DNA of 64,000 bases from the NCBI GenBank assembly GCA_963555985.3, contig OY820591.1:1792001-1856000 (forward strand), in the 5' to 3' direction. Source of the stretch: Dehalococcoidia bacterium. GTDB lineage: Bacteria; Chloroflexota; Dehalococcoidia; Bin125. The notes beneath the pieces were generated by a model. That model did no database searches and was not told the DNA's origin. It saw nothing but the letters and a program-made list of their open reading frames with translations. The position numbers and the translations under genes were made by a program. How positions within the stretch are numbered: position 1 is the stretch's first letter; each line of letters begins with the position of its first letter. Positions 46,114 to 56,263 of the stretch are shown one piece after another.

Positions 46114-49100
46114 TGGGCGGCGATCTTTGGCCGGAACTCGCGCGGCTCGCGTTGCGCCGCATCTGGTCTGCGCCGCGGATGTCGGCCGTGTTGCTGGCGG
46201 GAGCCGTGCTGGCCGTCGGTCTGGCCAGCGCCGCGCCGATCTTCATCGAAGCCGTCCGCGACCTCGGCTTGCGGCAAGCGCTCGCTTCGGTGGAAGCCAG
46301 CGAGCTCGACCTGCGCTTCATTCAGTCGGGCGTGACCGCCGACGCCGAGTCGGTTGCGGACGTGGAGGAGCTGATCGCGGCTGAGGTCGAAACGGCCGCG
46401 GGAGAGCTGCTGGTCGGTCGGATGGGTGCGGGCCGAACCGGCGGCTACGTGCTGCGCACGGACGCCGAAGAGTTCGGGGCGGACGGCGCGGCGCACGGCA
46501 CGTTTGTCTGGCAGACCGATCTGACGGAGCAGTCTGAGTTGCGCGAAGGGTCGATGCCGCTGGCGGGCGCTGCCGGAGGCACGATCGAAGTGGCGATCGA
46601 GCAGGCGCAGGCGGAGCGATTCGGGCTGGCGGTAGGCGACGAACGCTGGGCGCAACCGTTCTGGCTAGGCAACCAGCACGAAAGCCGAATTCGGATCGTC
46701 GGAATCGTGCAGCCCGGCAGCGACGAGCGGCGTTGGTCGACCGAGGACGTGTCGTTCTGGCCAATCGCGGCGCGTGACACGGAACTCCGGCTCTGGGCGC
46801 ACCGCGAAGACATGCTCGGCGTGCTCTCCGCTCAGTCGCCAACCTTGCGGCTGACGTTGCTCCAGCGCTGGCGCGTTGACCTCGAGGGACTCTCGGCGTC
46901 TGCCGCCTCGGAGGCAGCGGCGGCACTGGAGCTGATGCAGACTCGTCTGGCGCAGGCTCTGGAGGGACTAAACCAGGAGACCCAGTTGGTCAATGCGCTC
47001 ACGGGCTTCCGCGCGCGCTTCACGTTTGCTCAAGGCACGTTGTTGATGGTCGTGCTCCAGCTCGTTGGAGCAGTGCTCGTCTACGCGGTCGTCGCGGCCG
47101 CGATGCTGGCCGAGCAGCGCACCGAAGACACAGCCTGGCTGCGGTCGCGCGGCGCACGACGCAGCGATGTCGCACTGCTGCATATCGTGGAAGCAGCAGT
47201 CTTAACAGCCCCGGCAGTGGCGTTCGGACCGTTGATCGGACTGGGGTTGGTGTCGCTGCTCGGTTTGGTGCCTCCGTTCGACGCGGCGCTGGCTGAGGCG
47301 GGTTTGGGACCGTTCCTACCGGCGGCGCTGCCGCTGGAGGCGTGGTACCTCGCGTTAGGCGCGGGCGCGCTGGCGTTGATCGCGCAGGCGGTGCCGATGT
47401 ACCGCGCGACCCGTGAGACGATCGTGACAACGCGGCGGGCGCGCGGACGCCCGCCGGTGTCGTGGGGTCAGCGAGCGTTGATAGACGCCGCGATCGCGGC
47501 GCTCGGGGCGCTGCTGATCTTCGAGTTGCAGTGGTCGGGCGAGCCGATTGACTCGCCGCTCGTGGGGGAGACGCGGCTCGACTGGCTCGCCGTCGCCACG
47601 CCGACGGTGCTCTTGTTCGTGGTGGGACTGGCGGTGTTGCGGCTGTTTCCGACAGCGATGCGGGCGCTGGCGCGACTAGCGGCGCCGCTGCGCTGGCTCA
47701 CGCTGCTGCTGGGCGCCTGGTATCTGGGCCGCACGCCGACGCACTACGCGCGCACGGTCCTGTTACTGACCATCGCGGGCGCGCTCGCCGTCTTCGCCGC
47801 GTCCTTCCGCTCGACTCTTGACGCCTCGTATGAGGCACGCTCGCTCCATCAGGCAGGCGCGTCGGTGCGGCTCCTGGAGCCAGTCTCGGAATTGGTCGCA
47901 TACGAGGAAATCGAAACACTGACCGGGCAGTCAACCGCGCAAGTGAAACGGCTTGCAGGCGCATTCGACGGAGACGAGGAATCAGGACGGCTCGGCGTCG
48001 CTGCGCTGGATGCGGCCGCGGTCGCGGGTCAACTGGCGGAGCGAGCTGCGGATTGGGCAGTAGATCCGGAGCTGTTGGCGAGCATTGCCCCCCCGGCATC
48101 GTCCGTCGATCGCGCCGAAATTCCCGAGCTCGGCGGCTATCTGACGCTTCGCTACAAGCTCGGCGCGACGGCCGCACCCTATGCGCTGGGCGTGAAAGTG
48201 CTTGACGCGAATGGGCGTTACTGGTGGTACACACTGGAGGAGGCCGATGTGCAGATCGAGGCTGATACAGAGTGGCGAGAGGCGACGATCCAACTGACCG
48301 ACCGACCGGCGGTGCTGCTTGCTCCGGAGGGCGCGCGACCGGTGCGCGCCGGCACTCGCTGGCGGCCTGGAGTCGCGGAACGCGCCTTCGCCCCGCTCAC
48401 CTTAATGTCTCTTGACATTGCTCTGGCCCGACGATCGAGCTCGGTTGAACTGCGCGATCTGACCTATCGGTTCGGCGGCGAGACCGTTCTCCTTGCACAG
48501 TTCGACTCAGGCAAATGGGAGCCGATTCCGCTCGAAGTGGGCATTGAGCCGGTCGACTCGTTGCAGGTGTTGGAATCTGAACCGGGGGTCAGGTTTAGCT
48601 GGACGGGCGAGGCGGCCTCGCTGCGCGGGCTGCGCTATCGCTCGGAGTATTCGCCGCTGCCGGCGCTGTTCTCGAAGGAGGCAGCCGAGCAGGGACGGCT
48701 GGCCGTCGGCGATAAGGTGCGCCTCCGAGTCGGCCCGATGCCGATGACGTTCATCGTGGCCGGCACGTTCGATGTCTTTCCCGCCTACGATCCGCAACGA
48801 GACCCGCCGCTGGTGTTGATGGATCGAGCGGCGCTGTTCGACGCGCTGTACTCAAGCGCGACTGCGGGGACGGCACTGGCGGTGCTGGACGAACTCTGGG
48901 TCAGCGCGCCCTTGGCCGAGTGGTCGGAGTTGTTGGCGCTCGCAGAAGTGCCGCTGGACGCGAACGAGGTGATCACGATCGAGTCGGCGCGAGCGGATCT
49001 CTCCGCCGACCCGCTGATCGTTGCCGCGTGGAACGGTGTGTTCGTCGGAGCGCTTGCGGCGGTCGCAGTGGCGGCGGCGTTCGGGCTGATGGTGTTGACG

Positions 49101-49448
49101 GCGGTGACTGCGCAGGCGCGGCGGGTGGAATTTGCCGTCTGCCAGAGCGTAGGCATGAGCGTGCGTCAGATTTTGGGCCTGATCGCATTGGAGCAGGTCG
49201 CAGTGATTGTGATTGGCTTGGGCGCCGGGCTCGCGGTGGGCGCGCTCGGCGGCGGCGTGCTGCTCGACTTCTTCGCGCTCACACCCGACGGACGCGATGT
49301 CGTGCCGCCGCTACGGTTCATCGTCGATTGGCCGGGCGTCGGCGTGCTCTTCGGAGCGCTGGTCGCGCTCTTTACCGCGAATTTGCTCGCATTCCTCTGG
49401 TTCCTGCGTCGGATCGAACTGCACGGAGCCCTGCGGCTCGCCGCTTGA
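46110..49448 (+). CDS. Large FtsX-like ABC transporter permease, paralog
   Basis: LRSRGA, AGASVR, VFPAY, RRVEFAVCQSVG; overlaps previous stop. Confidence 0.85.
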   Translation: MMGGDLWPELARLALRRIWSAPRMSAVLLAGAVLAVGLASAAPIFIEAVRDLGLRQALASVEASELDLRFIQSGVTADAESVADVEELIAAEVETAAGELLVGRMGAGRTGGYVLRTDAEEFGADGAAHGTFVWQTDLTEQSELREGSMPLAGAAGGTIEVAIEQAQAERFGLAVGDERWAQPFWLGNQHESRIRIVGIVQPGSDERRWSTEDVSFWPIAARDTELRLWAHREDMLGVLSAQSPTLRLTLLQRWRVDLEGLSASAASEAAAALELMQTRLAQALEGLNQETQLVNALTGFRARFTFAQGTLLMVVLQLVGAVLVYAVVAAAMLAEQRTEDTAWLRSRGARRSDVALLHIVEAAVLTAPAVAFGPLIGLGLVSLLGLVPPFDAALAEAGLGPFLPAALPLEAWYLALGAGALALIAQAVPMYRATRETIVTTRRARGRPPVSWGQRALIDAAIAALGALLIFELQWSGEPIDSPLVGETRLDWLAVATPTVLLFVVGLAVLRLFPTAMRALARLAAPLRWLTLLLGAWYLGRTPTHYARTVLLLTIAGALAVFAASFRSTLDASYEARSLHQAGASVRLLEPVSELVAYEEIETLTGQSTAQVKRLAGAFDGDEESGRLGVAALDAAAVAGQLAERAADWAVDPELLASIAPPASSVDRAEIPELGGYLTLRYKLGATAAPYALGVKVLDANGRYWWYTLEEADVQIEADTEWREATIQLTDRPAVLLAPEGARPVRAGTRWRPGVAERAFAPLTLMSLDIALARRSSSVELRDLTYRFGGETVLLAQFDSGKWEPIPLEVGIEPVDSLQVLESEPGVRFSWTGEAASLRGLRYRSEYSPLPALFSKEAAEQGRLAVGDKVRLRVGPMPMTFIVAGTFDVFPAYDPQRDPPLVLMDRAALFDALYSSATAGTALAVLDELWVSAPLAEWSELLALAEVPLDANEVITIESARADLSADPLIVAAWNGVFVGALAAVAVAAAFGLMVLTAVTAQARRVEFAVCQSVGMSVRQILGLIALEQVAVIVIGLGAGLAVGALGGGVLLDFFALTPDGRDVVPPLRFIVDWPGVGVLFGALVALFTANLLAFLWFLRRIELHGALRLAA

Positions 49449-49513
49449 TTGGTTGGACACGATCCGCAGCCTTGACTTGAATCTGTCCGCTATGGGCCGA
49501 GCCGAAAGGGCGA

Positions 49514-50032
49514 CTAGGGCGGGAGACCGAGCGTGCGTTGGATTTGACGGACGTGGAACAGCTGGTGATCGGCGGCGGTGAAGGCGAGGGTGCGGATTGA
49601 GGTGTCGACGATGTCGCCGTCAAGCTCGATGTTGGCCGGCTCGCGAAGCTGATCGTGGGAAAGGCGATCCAACAGCCGCAGGGTGTCTTCGCGCACTGCT
49701 GTGATACCCCAGCGAAGCTCAGCCAGTGAAGCGTTCGCCTCCGTATCGGGAAGCGTTACGCCGCCAACTTGGGGTATCGGCAGTTGCGGCGCGACGGATC
49801 GCCGCAGCAGCAAGAGCTGCGGCTGCACCCAACGCTCGGAGTGGATCAGATGGAGGAGGATCTCTCTGACAGACCATTCGGAGGAGGCAAGACGCGCGTC
49901 GAGCTGGTCGTCGAGCAGGCGATCCAGCTGTTGCCGGAGTTCACTGAAGTTCTCGTCGAGAGCGTTGAGCAGATCCGCGGCAGCAGCAGTTGGCAGAGGG
50001 TTTACGGGATTAACTGAGGGGTCGTCCGCCAT
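49514..50032 (-). CDS. DinB family protein
   Basis: EWSVREILLHL...ADHQLFHVRQI. Confidence 0.85.
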   Translation of the reverse strand: MADDPSVNPVNPLPTAAAADLLNALDENFSELRQQLDRLLDDQLDARLASSEWSVREILLHLIHSERWVQPQLLLLRRSVAPQLPIPQVGGVTLPDTEANASLAELRWGITAVREDTLRLLDRLSHDQLREPANIELDGDIVDTSIRTLAFTAADHQLFHVRQIQRTLGLPP

Positions 50033-50117
50033 GCGTCTCAGTGTCGGATAGTGCGAGCGGCGGGGCAAGCGGCGACCGAATGCAGAACGGTCACTGCGAG
50101 GTGTGGGAGGAGCGACG

Positions 50118-51014
50118 ATGGCGCGGGTGCGCGAGGTTCCCAGCCGGGAGGAGCAACTGGCGTTGGAGCCGACGGTCGGGGCGGACGATCGCGCGACGCT
50201 GGCGCTCGGCGCGGCGGAGTGGGATCGGCGCGAGTTCTTTGATGCGCACGAGGTTTGGGAAGAGGTCTGGCAGCGGGAGCGGCGTCCGTTGCGCTCGTTC
50301 TATCAAGGGTTGATCTTGCTAGCGGCGGGATTGCACCACTGGACAGGGACACATCGACCTCGCGGGGTACGGATCAAGCTCTCGTCGGGCATTGAGCGTC
50401 TGGCGCCGTATGCGCCCTCGTATCTGGGAGTGGATGTGTCGGCGATGGTGGCGGATGCGGCGGTGTTGCTGCGCCGCTCGGCGGGCTTGGATGCGGCGGC
50501 GTTGGCCCGCACATCTTCGTCTGAGTCGTCGGATCTGTTCCCGCCGTTCCGTTGGCTGAGGTCTGCGCCCGGCGCGGAGGAATTGCGCGTGAAACGGTTG
50601 CGTCCGGCGGCGGCGCTCCCGCGACGCGGCTCCGCGCTGAGCTCGGGCCTCGATCTGTTCGCCGAGCTGAGCGAGAGCGGGGGCTCGCTCATGCTCGGCT
50701 CTCAACCCCAACTGGTGCCGACCGGAATCGCCGCAGTGGCGCCGCGCGGCTGCGAGTTGCAAGTGCGGCCGCGTTCGGGACTCTCGCGGCGCGGCGTCGA
50801 AGTCGCCTGGGGAACAGTAGACGCCGACTATCGGGGCGAATTGCTGGTCACCATGTCGGTGCGGGGCGCGTCGGGGCGGGGTTACCGTGTGACGCAAGGA
50901 GATCGAATTGCGCAGTTGGTCGTCGCTCCGGTGACGCTGGCTGAGGTCGTGGAAGTGGAGGAGCTGGAGGAGACGGAACGCGGTTCCGGCGGATTCGGCT
51001 CAACGGGGCGCTGA
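50118..51014 (+). CDS. dut: DUF309-dUTPase fusion protein
   Basis: N-term FFDAHEVWEEVW...QGLILLAAGLHH (DUF309); C-term five dUTPase motifs SGLDL, RSGL, GTVDADYRGE, GDRIAQL, RGSGGFGSTG; GGAGG RBS. Confidence 0.9.
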   Translation: MARVREVPSREEQLALEPTVGADDRATLALGAAEWDRREFFDAHEVWEEVWQRERRPLRSFYQGLILLAAGLHHWTGTHRPRGVRIKLSSGIERLAPYAPSYLGVDVSAMVADAAVLLRRSAGLDAAALARTSSSESSDLFPPFRWLRSAPGAEELRVKRLRPAAALPRRGSALSSGLDLFAELSESGGSLMLGSQPQLVPTGIAAVAPRGCELQVRPRSGLSRRGVEVAWGTVDADYRGELLVTMSVRGASGRGYRVTQGDRIAQLVVAPVTLAEVVEVEELEETERGSGGFGSTGR

Positions 51015-51386
51015 ATGGCTGCGGGCACGCTGGCGGCGGTGGCGATCGGCGGCGCGGCCGGAGCGTTGCTGCGCTACCTGATCGCGGTCTGGATCGGGCG
51101 TCCTTCGGAGCTGCCCTGGGACATCTTGCTGGTCAACCTCAGCGGCGCGTTCGCGCTCGGCATCTTGGCAACGCTGCTTGCAGAGCGGTTCGAAGTCTCG
51201 GCGGCGGTTCGGATTGGTCTCACGGTGGGCTTGCTCGGCGGGTACACGACGTTCTCAACGCTGTCCTTCGATAGCCTCAGCCTGATTGACGAGGGGCGTT
51301 GGGGCTGGGCGCTGGCGAATCTGCTGGCCAGCGGCGCGGGCGGGTTGAGCGCAGCTTGGCTGGGACAGCAGCTTGCGCGCCTGTAA
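51015..51386 (+). CDS. crcB: Fluoride channel Fluc/CrcB
   Basis: GGAAGALLRY, LVNLSG, GLLGGYTTFST. Confidence 0.95.
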   Translation: MAAGTLAAVAIGGAAGALLRYLIAVWIGRPSELPWDILLVNLSGAFALGILATLLAERFEVSAAVRIGLTVGLLGGYTTFSTLSFDSLSLIDEGRWGWALANLLASGAGGLSAAWLGQQLARL

Positions 51387-51469
51387 GCAATCAGTGAGCG
51401 GTACTAGGCGTTCGATCTGCGATCCGGTTAGAGTGGAGACTGGCGGCGGGCGCGGCATTGTGGGATTTC

Positions 51470-52786
51470 ATGTTCTTACATCGATGGCGTCGTTTCCTTG
51501 TGCTGGCCACCGCGCTGGCCGCAGTCGCGCTGATCTCCGGCGGCTGTGGGCTGTTCGGGGGAGACGACGAGCCCGAACCGCAGGTGGTCGATCCACCGGC
51601 GTCCGCCTCACAGACCGCAACCGAGCAAGCCGAGGAATCGGCTGTGGCGGCTCAAGCCGCTGAGGAACAAGAGGCGCAGCCCGCCGAAGCGGTCGCCGTC
51701 ACCACTGCGCCGAGCGAACAAGAGCAGGAGCAGACGGCTGAGCCGGCTCAAGCCGAAGCAGAAACCGTTGAAGGAGATCCAGATACATATGTGGTGCAGG
51801 CAGGCGACACGCTCGCTGGCATTGCGAATCAGCTTGGCGTCCGGCTTGACGATCTGATCACCCTGAACGGGATTCAGAATCCCGATGTGTTGCAGGTCGG
51901 GCAGGTGCTGCTGATTCCGCGTGACGATGAGGAGGAAGCCACTATCGCTGCCGCGCGTGATACCGACGAGGACTCCGAGGACGCCGCTGATTCTCCTACC
52001 GACGACGAGGACGCGCAGGAGTCCGTTCAGACGCCGGCGGTCGAACTACCGAATGTGGCGGTCCCCGTAGCGACGCCGACCGTCACCTCGGCTCAGCAGT
52101 TCCCTCAACCCGGTATTGACGAGACTCTTGAGGCGATCCCCAACCCACCCTCGAACTTCCTCCAGTATGGCGCGGCGGCGCTGCCCTGGCTGCACGGCGA
52201 GACCGCGATCGATGTGATCATCGAACTCTTCAAAGCCTGGCCGATGCCGGCCTTAGCCGCCGGGCACGACCGTCTCTACCTGATCGATACGGACGCGGAT
52301 GGGATCTTCTCGCTGGCCATCGTCTACACCAATCCGAACTCGTTCGGCGCTGCGGTTCCGTACAGCAACCTCGTCGTCTACGACCCGGTTCCCGGCCGCG
52401 CGGACCGATACCGAATCGCATACGACCACGCCCTGGCTTACGGCCGCGAAGTTCAGGGGCTCGTGCAGTTGGGCGACGCCGATATGACAGGCGACGGCAT
52501 TCGCGACATTTCATTTCGCGAGATCACTTGCAATGAGACCGGCTGCGTGAGCAGCTTCTACGTGCTCAAGTCAGAGGGCGACGGCTACCGCGTGTACACG
52601 GGTCCGGACGCTGTGGTCGCCGATGTGAGCGGGGTGGCGCTGGAGGATCGTTCGGGCGACGGGGCGGCTGACATCGTAGTGGAGGGTCTCGCTACCGATG
52701 AAGTCGAGCCGGCGCGATACCTGTTCACCTTCGTGACCGAGGACGGTGAGCTGCGCGAGGCGTTGCGGGTGGAGGCGGGGGAGTAG
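51470..52786 (+). CDS. LysM domain lipoprotein
   Basis: Lipobox-like ISGGC; YVVQAGDTLAGIA...LNGIQNPDVLQVGQVLLIP; C-terminal DxxGDG-type loops. Confidence 0.88.
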   Translation: MFLHRWRRFLVLATALAAVALISGGCGLFGGDDEPEPQVVDPPASASQTATEQAEESAVAAQAAEEQEAQPAEAVAVTTAPSEQEQEQTAEPAQAEAETVEGDPDTYVVQAGDTLAGIANQLGVRLDDLITLNGIQNPDVLQVGQVLLIPRDDEEEATIAAARDTDEDSEDAADSPTDDEDAQESVQTPAVELPNVAVPVATPTVTSAQQFPQPGIDETLEAIPNPPSNFLQYGAAALPWLHGETAIDVIIELFKAWPMPALAAGHDRLYLIDTDADGIFSLAIVYTNPNSFGAAVPYSNLVVYDPVPGRADRYRIAYDHALAYGREVQGLVQLGDADMTGDGIRDISFREITCNETGCVSSFYVLKSEGDGYRVYTGPDAVVADVSGVALEDRSGDGAADIVVEGLATDEVEPARYLFTFVTEDGELREALRVEAGE

Positions 52787-52885
52787 GCGTCACGCTCGCG
52801 GGGCGGTTGGCGGCATTGCCCGCTGTCGGCGACGCGCATAGCGTGAGCGGTTAGAGCGGGAAAACCGGCTAATCGTTGAGGCGGC

Positions 52886-54970
52886 GTGATGTCGCTGGTG
52901 TTGCGTCCGGCGCGGAGGTTTGGGACGAGGCCGGTACGGCTGCTCTGGCGGCTGCCGCTCGTAGGGCGGGTGCGGGTTCCGCGCAATTTGGCTCCGCTGC
53001 TGCTCGCAGTCGCGGTGGGATTGGCGGCAGGACTCGGCGCGGTCGCGCTCCAGGCGCTCGTTGACGGACTGACCCAACTCTTCGACGAACTGGCGGCGTC
53101 GCTCGACAACCTAGCCGGCGGTTGGACGCTGATGCTCGTGCCCGCGATCGCGGCCATCCCGGTTGCGCTCATGGTTGGCCGCTTGTCGGCCGAGTCTCGC
53201 GGCGCAGGCGTGCCCTACGTGATGGTGGCGGTGGAAACAGCGGGCGGCTTCGTGCGCCCGATTGTGGCGCCGATCAAGCTGCTGGCGACGGGCTTCACGC
53301 TCGGCGGCGGCGGCGCAGCCGGACGCGAGGGTCCGATCGTGCTCATCGCCGCCTCGCTTGCCTCCACGATTGGCCGTATCACCCGCCAACCGTCCGACAT
53401 GCTGGTGTTGATGGTCGCAGCGGCAGCGGCCGGCGGGATTGCTGCGACGTTCCATACGCCCATTGCCGGAACGTTCTTCGCGCTTGAGGTCGTGCTGCGC
53501 CGATTCAACGTGCGCAACTTCACGATCGTCGTGGTCAGCGCGGTCGTGGCGAACCTGGTTGCGATTGCGTTCTACGGTGAGAATCCGGGGTTGCAACTGC
53601 CCGACTTTGAACCGGAGACGGGGCTGGAGCTGTTCCTGCACGCCATCGTGGGTGTAAGCGCGGCGATCGCTGGCATCTTGTTTGTGCGGACCCGGTTTTT
53701 CACCGAAGACGTGTTTGATTTCGTCGGTCTCTCGCCCACTGCACGCCCGATCATCGGGCTGCTGCTCGTCGGTGCGCTGGCGTTGATCGAAGGCGGGATC
53801 CTCGGATCGGGCCTCGATCAGATTCGCTCCTTTACGCAGGGCGACCTCGCTGTATCGACTCTTGCCGTGTTGATGGTGCTCAAACTGATCGCCGCATCGC
53901 TGACGATTGGATCGGGAGCGTCCGGCGGAGCGTTCGCGCCTTTGCTGTTCGTCGGTGCGACGCTGGGGGCGCTGATGGGGGCGGGATTCGAGTCGGCGCT
54001 CCCGGAGATGGTGACCTCGATTGGGTCTTATGTCGTAGTCGGCATGGCGGCGGTCTTCGCCGCCGCTGCGCGCGCGCCGATGACTTCGTTGTTCATCGTC
54101 TTCGAGTTGAGCGGATACGCGCTGATCTTACCCCTGATGACTGCGGTGGCGCTGGCGACGGCGCTCGCGCAACTGCTCACACGTGACACGATCTACAACG
54201 TGCGGCTGCGGCGGGCTGGACTCAACGTGAGCGAAGAGCGAGAGCAGAGCGCGCTCGAGAACGTGATCGTCGCGACTACGATGCGCACCGATACTCCAAT
54301 TGTCGCACGAACTGCGTCGATCCGCGACCTCGCCAATGCGATGAGCCAGTCGCGCGGGAACGTGGTAGCGGTAGCCGACCAACACAATCGATTCCTCGGA
54401 CTGGTCAGCGCCACGGATGTCGCGTCGGCGGTGGAACGGGGTGAGTTGGATCGGCTCGCTCGCGACCTCGCGGTTGTGGCTCCAGTCTCCGTGCATCCCG
54501 ACGACAACCTGCAACACGCGCTGTCTCTGCTGGTTGAGCATGATGTGCGTCAGTTGCCGGTCGTTGATCGCGGGGACGAGACGCGGCTGCTGGGGATGTT
54601 GACGCAGCGCGATGTGCTGCGCGAATTGGCTCAACCCACAGACCGGAGCGGAACGCAGACAGCGCCGACGCCGGTGCGGCGTCTGGCCGGCGCGGTCGAG
54701 CTCGAGCTGCGCGTGGAGGCGGGATCGGCGGCCACCGGTTCGACCGTCGCGGGCCTTGCGCTGCCGGAAGCTGCTGTGGTCACGGCGATTCACCGACGGG
54801 GCGAGGTCGTGATCCCGCGCGGAAACGTGATGCTGGAAGCGAACGACCTGGCGGTGATCCTCTGCGACCCGGAGGAGGAGAGCGTGGTGCGCGCCCTGTT
54901 CGTGAGTCGCGGGCAGGGCCGGAGTCAGTGGTGGTTCCTGCCGCACGCGCCGTCGGGGCCGGGGAGTTAG
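52886..54970 (+). CDS. ClC chloride channel/antiporter with CBS pair and TrkA-C domain
   Basis: GAGVP, GREGP, FALE, GGAFAP, TIY; two CBS domains; VIPRGNVMLEAND. Confidence 0.93.
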   Translation: MMSLVLRPARRFGTRPVRLLWRLPLVGRVRVPRNLAPLLLAVAVGLAAGLGAVALQALVDGLTQLFDELAASLDNLAGGWTLMLVPAIAAIPVALMVGRLSAESRGAGVPYVMVAVETAGGFVRPIVAPIKLLATGFTLGGGGAAGREGPIVLIAASLASTIGRITRQPSDMLVLMVAAAAAGGIAATFHTPIAGTFFALEVVLRRFNVRNFTIVVVSAVVANLVAIAFYGENPGLQLPDFEPETGLELFLHAIVGVSAAIAGILFVRTRFFTEDVFDFVGLSPTARPIIGLLLVGALALIEGGILGSGLDQIRSFTQGDLAVSTLAVLMVLKLIAASLTIGSGASGGAFAPLLFVGATLGALMGAGFESALPEMVTSIGSYVVVGMAAVFAAAARAPMTSLFIVFELSGYALILPLMTAVALATALAQLLTRDTIYNVRLRRAGLNVSEEREQSALENVIVATTMRTDTPIVARTASIRDLANAMSQSRGNVVAVADQHNRFLGLVSATDVASAVERGELDRLARDLAVVAPVSVHPDDNLQHALSLLVEHDVRQLPVVDRGDETRLLGMLTQRDVLRELAQPTDRSGTQTAPTPVRRLAGAVELELRVEAGSAATGSTVAGLALPEAAVVTAIHRRGEVVIPRGNVMLEANDLAVILCDPEEESVVRALFVSRGQGRSQWWFLPHAPSGPGS

Positions 54971-55000
54971 GTTGGCGCTTGGCGGGCTAGACTTTCGCCT

Positions 55001-55414
55001 ATGCCTCCGCGCAGGTTCACGTTGGCTCAGGCCCGGCGCTCGCTGCCCGCGATTGCGGCAGTGGTGACGGTGATGCGCAAGCGGATGCGGCGGCTGGATG
55101 AGTTGAACGCGATTGTCGCTTCAATGAGTCGGGGGACGTCGACGGACGGATTGCCGGCTGTCGCCGACGACCAGGCGATTCGCGGTGAGATCACGAAGCT
55201 CGAAGGGCAAGTGCGGATGCTGGTGGAGCACATCCAGGAGCAGGGGGTGGAAGTGAAGGATGTGCGCCGGGGCTTGGTCGATTGGGTAGCGGTGCGGGAG
55301 GGCCGGGATGTGTATCTCTGCTGGCAGCCCGGCGAACGGACGGTGATGTGGTGGCATGAGCTTGCGGATGGCTTCGCGGGGCGTCAGCCGATTGTCGTCT
55401 CGGAGTGGGCTTAG
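55001..55414 (+). CDS. DUF2203 family protein
   Basis: [31 protein letters not shown]...GFAGRQP. Confidence 0.88.
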   Translation: MPPRRFTLAQARRSLPAIAAVVTVMRKRMRRLDELNAIVASMSRGTSTDGLPAVADDQAIRGEITKLEGQVRMLVEHIQEQGVEVKDVRRGLVDWVAVREGRDVYLCWQPGERTVMWWHELADGFAGRQPIVVSEWA

Positions 55415-56197
55415 GTGCCGCACCATCGCTCGCTGGCGCCGCCGGTTGATGCGCGCTCGCCCGGAGCGCCGCTGATCCATGCGGAGCTGCGCAGTCACTA
55501 CGACGCGATCTATGACCTCTTGCTGGACGGCAGATCGCCGCGACGCAGCGGGCTTGCACTGGCTGTGGGAGCGGGCGACGGCTCGACGCTGGGTGCGGTC
55601 GCGCGCGGGACCGGGTTGCATGGCGTCGCCCTGGATCGAGCACCCAGCGAGCGTTGGCTGGGCCCGAGCGGCTGGGAAGTGGTGCGGGGCGACGCGGCGC
55701 GTCTGCCGTTTGCGGACGGCGTATTCGGCGCGGCGCTGATGGTGGACGTGTTCGAGTGGCTGCGGCACCCCAGCGCTGCTCTGGCCGAAGCGGGACGGGT
55801 GACGGCCGGGCCAATCGTGGTCGTGCAGACCGACTGGGACGGGCTCTGGTTCGAGTGCGAGGAGGCTGAGACGGGGCGGGAGCTGACGCGGATGTACACG
55901 TCCGGGGCGCCGCTGGGACTGTCCGGAGCGCTCGCAGCCAGCGCAGCCGAGGCCGGGTTGTCGGTGCGGCGGCGGGGCAGCGTCACGCTTCGCGGCGAGC
56001 GCCTCCAGCCGGGAGCGCTGGCCTGGGACATGTTGGGCACGATGCGGCGTTGGTTGGTGATCGAGGCGGCGCGTGTGCGGGCGCGGCGCTTCGACGACTG
56101 GCTTGGGGAACTTCACGCCGCTGCCGCCGAGGGCCACTTTTCAATGTTGCTGCGGCGATTGATCTGGGTGCTTGAGGGAACCGGCGGCAACGGTTGA
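55415..56197 (+). CDS. Class I SAM-dependent methyltransferase-like protein
   Basis: VGAGDG, GDAARLPFADGVF, TDWD. Confidence 0.7.
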   Translation: MPHHRSLAPPVDARSPGAPLIHAELRSHYDAIYDLLLDGRSPRRSGLALAVGAGDGSTLGAVARGTGLHGVALDRAPSERWLGPSGWEVVRGDAARLPFADGVFGAALMVDVFEWLRHPSAALAEAGRVTAGPIVVVQTDWDGLWFECEEAETGRELTRMYTSGAPLGLSGALAASAAEAGLSVRRRGSVTLRGERLQPGALAWDMLGTMRRWLVIEAARVRARRFDDWLGELHAAAAEGHFSMLLRRLIWVLEGTGGNG

Positions 56198-56263
56198 GTG
56201 ATGGTCTCAGCGGGAATCCGATCATCCGCGTTCATCCTCGTGCGCCGAGGCGAGTGAGTCACG

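Noticed and set aside
52787-52885. Fluoride riboswitch upstream of ClC or crcB
   Set aside because: No match to the motif by eye; crcB abuts dut with no leader
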